From contig JBJMMA010000183.1 in assembly GCA_045805065.1 (NCBI GenBank), positions 1-33,608 on the forward strand: 33,608 bases of DNA, in the 5' to 3' direction. Position numbers and translations under genes: made by a program. Positions 29,412 through 33,608 of the stretch are shown here, in pieces. Source of the DNA: Bdellovibrionia bacterium (GTDB taxonomy: Bacteria; Bdellovibrionota; UBA1018). The notes below the pieces were generated by a model, which was not told the DNA's origin, did not search any database, and was given only the letters and a program-made list of their open reading frames with translations. Position 1 is the stretch's first letter. The number at the start of each line of letters is the position of its first letter.

Positions 29412-30263
29412 TCAGACAGAGACGTTGTAGTCACGAAGTACAGAAGTCAGAGATGTCTTCTTATCCGTCTGCTCTGAACGTTTACCAATGATCAGAGCGC
29501 AAGGCACACCGTAGGTGCCAGCCGGAAACTCCTTCGGAAGAGTGCCGGGGATGACAACCGCATTGCGCGGGACGCGTCCCCGGTATTCGACCGGGTTGCC
29601 GGCCTGAGTGACATCGATAATCTTCGTGCTGGCCGTAATGACCACTCCTGCGCCCAGGACTGCGCCTTCTTCAATCACCGCGCCTTCGACCACAATGCAG
29701 CGGCTTCCGACAAAGACATGGTCTTCGATGATCACGGGACTTGCCTGCACAGGCTCAAGCACGCCGCCAATTCCCACACCGCCTGAGAGATGCACGCCCT
29801 TACCGATCTGTGCGCAAGATCCCACCGTTGCCCAGGTATCGACCATCGAGCCCTCACCCACAAAGGCGCCGATGTTGACGTAACTCGGCATCAGAATCGC
29901 GCCCGATTGAATATGCGAGCCCCGGCGAGCAACCGCTGGCGGCACAACACGAACGCCCTCTTTGCCGGTCCAAGCTTTGGTTGGAACTTTATCCACCCAG
30001 GTCATGCCAGCGGCTTCTGAGACCGACATCTTGCGGATCCGGAAATAAAGGAGAATGGCTTTCTTAATCCATTCATGGGTCTGCCAATTTCCATCGGCGC
30101 CCTTGGAGGCCACGCGGATCTCGCCTTTATCGAGCGCATCGATCACAGATTCAATCGCCTCAACAGAGGCTGGCGCATCAGCGGGCGTTTTGCCTTCATA
30201 GATCGATTCGATGATTTGCTTAAGCGATGCGAGATCAAGACTCGTAGCATTTGTGGAAGTCAC
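29412..30263 (-). CDS. dapD: 2,3,4,5-tetrahydropyridine-2,6-dicarboxylate N-succinyltransferase
   Basis: WIKKAILLYFR, RVVPPAVARRG, LMPSYVNIGA, VDTWATVGSCAQIGK.VHLSGGVGIGGVLEP. Confidence 0.97.
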   Translation of the reverse strand: MTSTNATSLDLASLKQIIESIYEGKTPADAPASVEAIESVIDALDKGEIRVASKGADGNWQTHEWIKKAILLYFRIRKMSVSEAAGMTWVDKVPTKAWTGKEGVRVVPPAVARRGSHIQSGAILMPSYVNIGAFVGEGSMVDTWATVGSCAQIGKGVHLSGGVGIGGVLEPVQASPVIIEDHVFVGSRCIVVEGAVIEEGAVLGAGVVITASTKIIDVTQAGNPVEYRGRVPRNAVVIPGTLPKEFPAGTYGVPCALIIGKRSEQTDKKTSLTSVLRDYNVSV

Positions 30264-30943
30264 GGAGCTCTCCTTTGCGCAACCTGAAGCGCGGCAAGAA
30301 CTGCAGGCACATGAACACGTAAAACCTCAGCAGGAGCAAGCCCCCGCTCAATCTCATAAGTCAGAGTCGGCATATCCCGCTCCAGGCCAGCATAAGTGCC
30401 CAGGCATCCTGGCGTAGGATAGCCAATCGTTTCTTCGATGATGTAACCGGTGAGCGCTTTGATCGCCTCAGCCTCATCATGGCAAGGGCCGTTGACGTTG
30501 AGCATCGGCTTCCAAGAATGGAGGCTCAGCACCCAGCGAGGCTTGTACTTTGAGAGGTACTCGACAAGCGCCTGATTCTCAGGCTCGCTATTGGCGTGAG
30601 GACCAGGCGGATAACGCTCGTTGAAAGCCTGCGGGTTCCAATCGTTTGATGGAAGATTCCGATTGAGATCTACGCCGTGGCCATTGAGGCGACTCTTAGC
30701 CAACACGCCATCCAAATTAAACGCCGGCACCAACGTCAGGTTCATCGTAAAAGGAAAGCTCTGAGTCAGCGCATCGAACAATCCATGCGCGCACACCACA
30801 CCTTCCGTTTCGTCCCCATGAACGCCACCCAAGATAAGCACCTCAGGCCCGCCCTTCTCCCAGCGATACGCCGGAATAGGCAGCCCAGTGGCAGTCTTAC
30901 CGAAATTAAACCCAACAAAGTTCTGCTGATGCGCCCCGGTCAT
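30260..30943 (-). CDS. M14 zinc carboxypeptidase, murein peptide amidase A (MpaA)-like
   Basis: GGVHGDE, NLDG, R.N..GVDLNRN, SEPE, SLHS, IGYPTPG, TYE; GTGA overlap with dapD. Confidence 0.8.
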   Translation of the reverse strand: MTGAHQQNFVGFNFGKTATGLPIPAYRWEKGGPEVLILGGVHGDETEGVVCAHGLFDALTQSFPFTMNLTLVPAFNLDGVLAKSRLNGHGVDLNRNLPSNDWNPQAFNERYPPGPHANSEPENQALVEYLSKYKPRWVLSLHSWKPMLNVNGPCHDEAEAIKALTGYIIEETIGYPTPGCLGTYAGLERDMPTLTYEIERGLAPAEVLRVHVPAVLAALQVAQRRAP

Positions 30944-31083
30944 TTCGCTTGTGAAATTAACACATTGGCGGCGAATGGCCCATAAATTCCCTTTGAAGCG
31001 CGAGAACTGTCATCTTCTTTTTCAAACCAATTAAGTGGTTGATATCATTTATATATCCACCCATTTGCTCTGCACTTTGACCC

Positions 31084-31110
31084 TAAAGATCCATGTCACG
31101 ATTCCGATAC
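31084..31110 (+). promoter_or_regulatory. Candidate sigma28 (FliA) promoter
   Basis: TAAA-N15-TCCGATAC, 39 nt upstream of TTG 31150. Confidence 0.55.
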
Positions 31111-31149
31111 GAAAGCTGAAGCAGTTTAATCAGAAACAAGGGATCGACA

Positions 31150-32382
31150 TTGACCGCCATTCAACTAGAAACGGAGCTGCGCAGGCACTTAGCCAAGCTT
31201 CAAGGCAAGCGTAGCCGTTTTACCATCGGTGTTGAACACGAGTTTTTTCTTCTCAATTCAGAAGGAAAACCAGTTTCGCATGCCGAAGGACAAGCATTTC
31301 TAGCCGCGTTGGCGAAAGTACCTCAATGGTATATTCGCGAGGAACTTAACGAATCAGGCGAAAAGCTCATCTGGCGAGTATCTAAAGACACTCACGATGG
31401 TCGCTTCACCGCAGTTAAATACGACCACCACCCTCACCTCTTTGAGATAGCATTTGGGTACGAGAACAATCTTCATGCATTGTTTTCCGAAGTACTTGCT
31501 GTCCTACAAACCGTACGGGAAACCGCCACTTATTTGGGCCTGCGGATCGGAGCCAGTTCAAATATCGAACTTGATCCAATGGATCCCCAAATAGTCAGCC
31601 CTTTAAGCTACTTTAAGGATCTCCGCTACTATCGAAGCATTCTTTTACAAAAAAGATTTGGAGCTCAGGTCCCTTCTTCTCAAAACTATGCAGCGACTAT
31701 TGCTGCTACGCAATTCCACGTCGGCGCTACTGAATGGTGGAACAGAGAAAGTTACGTCGAAAAACTATACTGCCTTGAACCTATCCTCTTAGACTTCGTA
31801 ACAAGTCTAAGCTCAATTACATCCCCCACTACGTTTTTTAGAAAACGCTGGCAGGGTTATCGCGAGGTTTTTCAAGGATTCCCACTTGTGGGATATCCCA
31901 CACTTCCAAATTGGGACATCACTCAGTGGTCAAGTGCCTTGATTAGTTCTCCACTGGCTGGCGGCCCGAATGATCTTTGGGCTGGCAATTGCCTAAAAGA
32001 CCTTACTCGCAGTCCTTTCAATGGGTCGACGGACTTCCTCGGCGCTGTCAGAGATTTGCAACTCATTCGCCCAAAACTTTATGGCACTCTAGAGTTCAGA
32101 GCTGATCCATCGCTCGGCTCTGCGCAACATATTGTAGCAATGGCGGCCCTACGTCTCGGTCTATGTGAAGCGATAGCTTCCGAAGCTTTTAGACCCTCTC
32201 TGTCTTTTATGGACGCGCATGACCTTTGGTGGAAAAAAGTCACCTCTAATTATGCGCGAGCATCTGTCTCCATGTATACTGAAGTCATATCTCTTGCGAA
32301 AAGAGGACTCGCTCTACGTAAGTACGATGAAGCACATCACCTTGCTGCCTTCGATGACTTGCTCAAAAGGGAGGCTGCGTGA
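31150..32382 (+). CDS. Glutamate-cysteine ligase family 2 (GCS2)-like / carboxylate-amine ligase
   Basis: FTIGVEHEFFL, FEI, ATQFHVG, IRPK.YGTLEFR match the glutamine synthetase/GCS2 catalytic motifs; the sequence is divergent. Confidence 0.65.
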   Translation: MTAIQLETELRRHLAKLQGKRSRFTIGVEHEFFLLNSEGKPVSHAEGQAFLAALAKVPQWYIREELNESGEKLIWRVSKDTHDGRFTAVKYDHHPHLFEIAFGYENNLHALFSEVLAVLQTVRETATYLGLRIGASSNIELDPMDPQIVSPLSYFKDLRYYRSILLQKRFGAQVPSSQNYAATIAATQFHVGATEWWNRESYVEKLYCLEPILLDFVTSLSSITSPTTFFRKRWQGYREVFQGFPLVGYPTLPNWDITQWSSALISSPLAGGPNDLWAGNCLKDLTRSPFNGSTDFLGAVRDLQLIRPKLYGTLEFRADPSLGSAQHIVAMAALRLGLCEAIASEAFRPSLSFMDAHDLWWKKVTSNYARASVSMYTEVISLAKRGLALRKYDEAHHLAAFDDLLKREAA

Positions 32383-33608
32383 ACCTCATTAAGGATGCAC
32401 GCACCATAGCAGGACTGTTCCGAGAGGCACTCTTTCACTCACGGTCTGTACAGATTATTTCGGCCGATTATGGCGATATTACTGCCTTGATTACCGATCT
32501 CCAAGAAGACTCATCTAGAGATATCAGCACTGAGCGCCAACTTTTTTTAACGTCTTCAATTACCATTAATAATCTTAGTGATAGCTTTTCCGCTAAGATC
32601 CGTTGCGCTTTCCCACAGTTCGTACTCTTCTGGAACGGAACGATCACAAAATCGGAGACAGGCGAACTCGTCGTCACACTTCCAGCCGAAGTCCATTTAG
32701 AGAACTCTCGGACGCAAGCGCGCGTAGAGCTTATAAAGTCAACGTCGCCATCTGGCCCCATCTTGGTCAATACAGATACCTTTTGTACCGAAGGCATTTT
32801 TCAAATAGAGGATATTTCCGAAGGCGGCTTTGGTGGAAGTCTTCGTGTATTTCCAGAAATGCCCATTAGGATCGGCACACAGCTTCAAGGACGCATAAAG
32901 ACCCCTACAGGTATCATCGAAGTAAACGGACAGGTTGTCCAAGTCTCTCTGCACTCAGCAGCTAATACGTCACAAGCAGATGCAATCTACCGAGTCGGAG
33001 TTAAGAATCAGACCTTCAATCAATCTACAGTCCACTCACCACCAACCCAATCCGAACGCCGTAAATTTAAGCGTGTGCCCGTGCAACTGGATATCAATCT
33101 GCTCTCCCCTTACCATCCAGAGCACGTAGTCAGCGGACTCATCTTAGATGCATCACTGGCTGGATTTCTTGCTCGTCTCAAAGACATATCAGATGCAATA
33201 CTTCTTCCAGTAGGATGCATCGTTCAGATTCCGCAGACGTCCATTCTGGCACAAGTTATCTCTCTAGAGGATGAAAACGTCCGTTTTCAAATTGTGCAAA
33301 GCAACTCAAAGGATCGAGTTGAGTGGTTTAAACGACTTACTCCTTATTTGAACAAGAACACATCTCATTCGACTGCAACAGGAATGGACATCATTGAGCT
33401 CTTCTGCGAATCAGGAGCTCTAGCTTCCACCTATCTAAAAAACCAACGGCGTTTTGCAGAAGATTTTTTAGAAGCGTTTACAGCACGTGACTCTCAAGGG
33501 AGTTGGATTTATCGCTGGATCGAGCGCGACGAGGAAGGCAAAATTCGAGGTCACAACAGCATCGTTAGGCTCTCGGATCATACTTGGTCTTGGGGATCAG
33601 TTGCTGGA
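32379..33608 (+). CDS. Tandem PilZ-domain protein (3'-truncated; absent from the ORF track)
   Basis: GTG at 32379 (GTGA overlap, SD AGGGAGG). My manual translation is open for 410 codons to the window end, with RTQAR (32709)...DISEGG (32811) and ERRKFKR (33054)...DASLAG (33147). Confidence 0.75.
   Translation, partial: MNLIKDARTIAGLFREALFHSRSVQIISADYGDITALITDLQEDSSRDISTERQLFLTSSITINNLSDSFSAKIRCAFPQFVLFWNGTITKSETGELVVTLPAEVHLENSRTQARVELIKSTSPSGPILVNTDTFCTEGIFQIEDISEGGFGGSLRVFPEMPIRIGTQLQGRIKTPTGIIEVNGQVVQVSLHSAANTSQADAIYRVGVKNQTFNQSTVHSPPTQSERRKFKRVPVQLDINLLSPYHPEHVVSGLILDASLAGFLARLKDISDAILLPVGCIVQIPQTSILAQVISLEDENVRFQIVQSNSKDRVEWFKRLTPYLNKNTSHSTATGMDIIELFCESGALASTYLKNQRRFAEDFLEAFTARDSQGSWIYRWIERDEEGKIRGHNSIVRLSDHTWSWGSVAG

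Noticed and set aside
32468..33129. Short ORFs 32468..32797 (-), 32603..32869 (+), 32739..32954 (-), 32935..33129 (+)
   Set aside because: All overlap the longer tandem-PilZ reading frame starting at 32379.

Overview
Bacterial chromosomal window. Gene content and protein style suggest a Bdellovibrionota/Oligoflexia-like or other former delta-proteobacterial genome; this taxon call is an inference. Housekeeping genes: rpoH (5'-truncated), rpsO-pnp, tmk-holB, a MOFRL glycerate kinase, an ABC-2 exporter, a KimA-like APC permease, an ABC-F ATPase, an AEC transporter, a YgiQ radical SAM protein, dapD and an MpaA-like peptidase. Accessory content: (i) a tRNA-modification operon in which Tgt is fused to an MnmC/MnmD-type methyltransferase and lacks the canonical RxxR motif, followed by tatD and tcdA; (ii) a secreted protein whose 10-Cys spacing resembles stanniocalcin; (iii) three tandem paralogous secreted 4-Cys proteins, two of them with Gly/Ser/His/Asp low-complexity segments; (iv) a 48-aa-repeat secreted protein; (v) a HigBA toxin-antitoxin pair with a clear promoter and operator; (vi) an AT-richer terminal block with a GCS2-like ligase coupled to a tandem-PilZ protein that runs off the window and is absent from the ORF track. 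Candidate sigma54 and sigma28 promoters were also seen. No rRNA, tRNA, CRISPR array or transposase was recognised.
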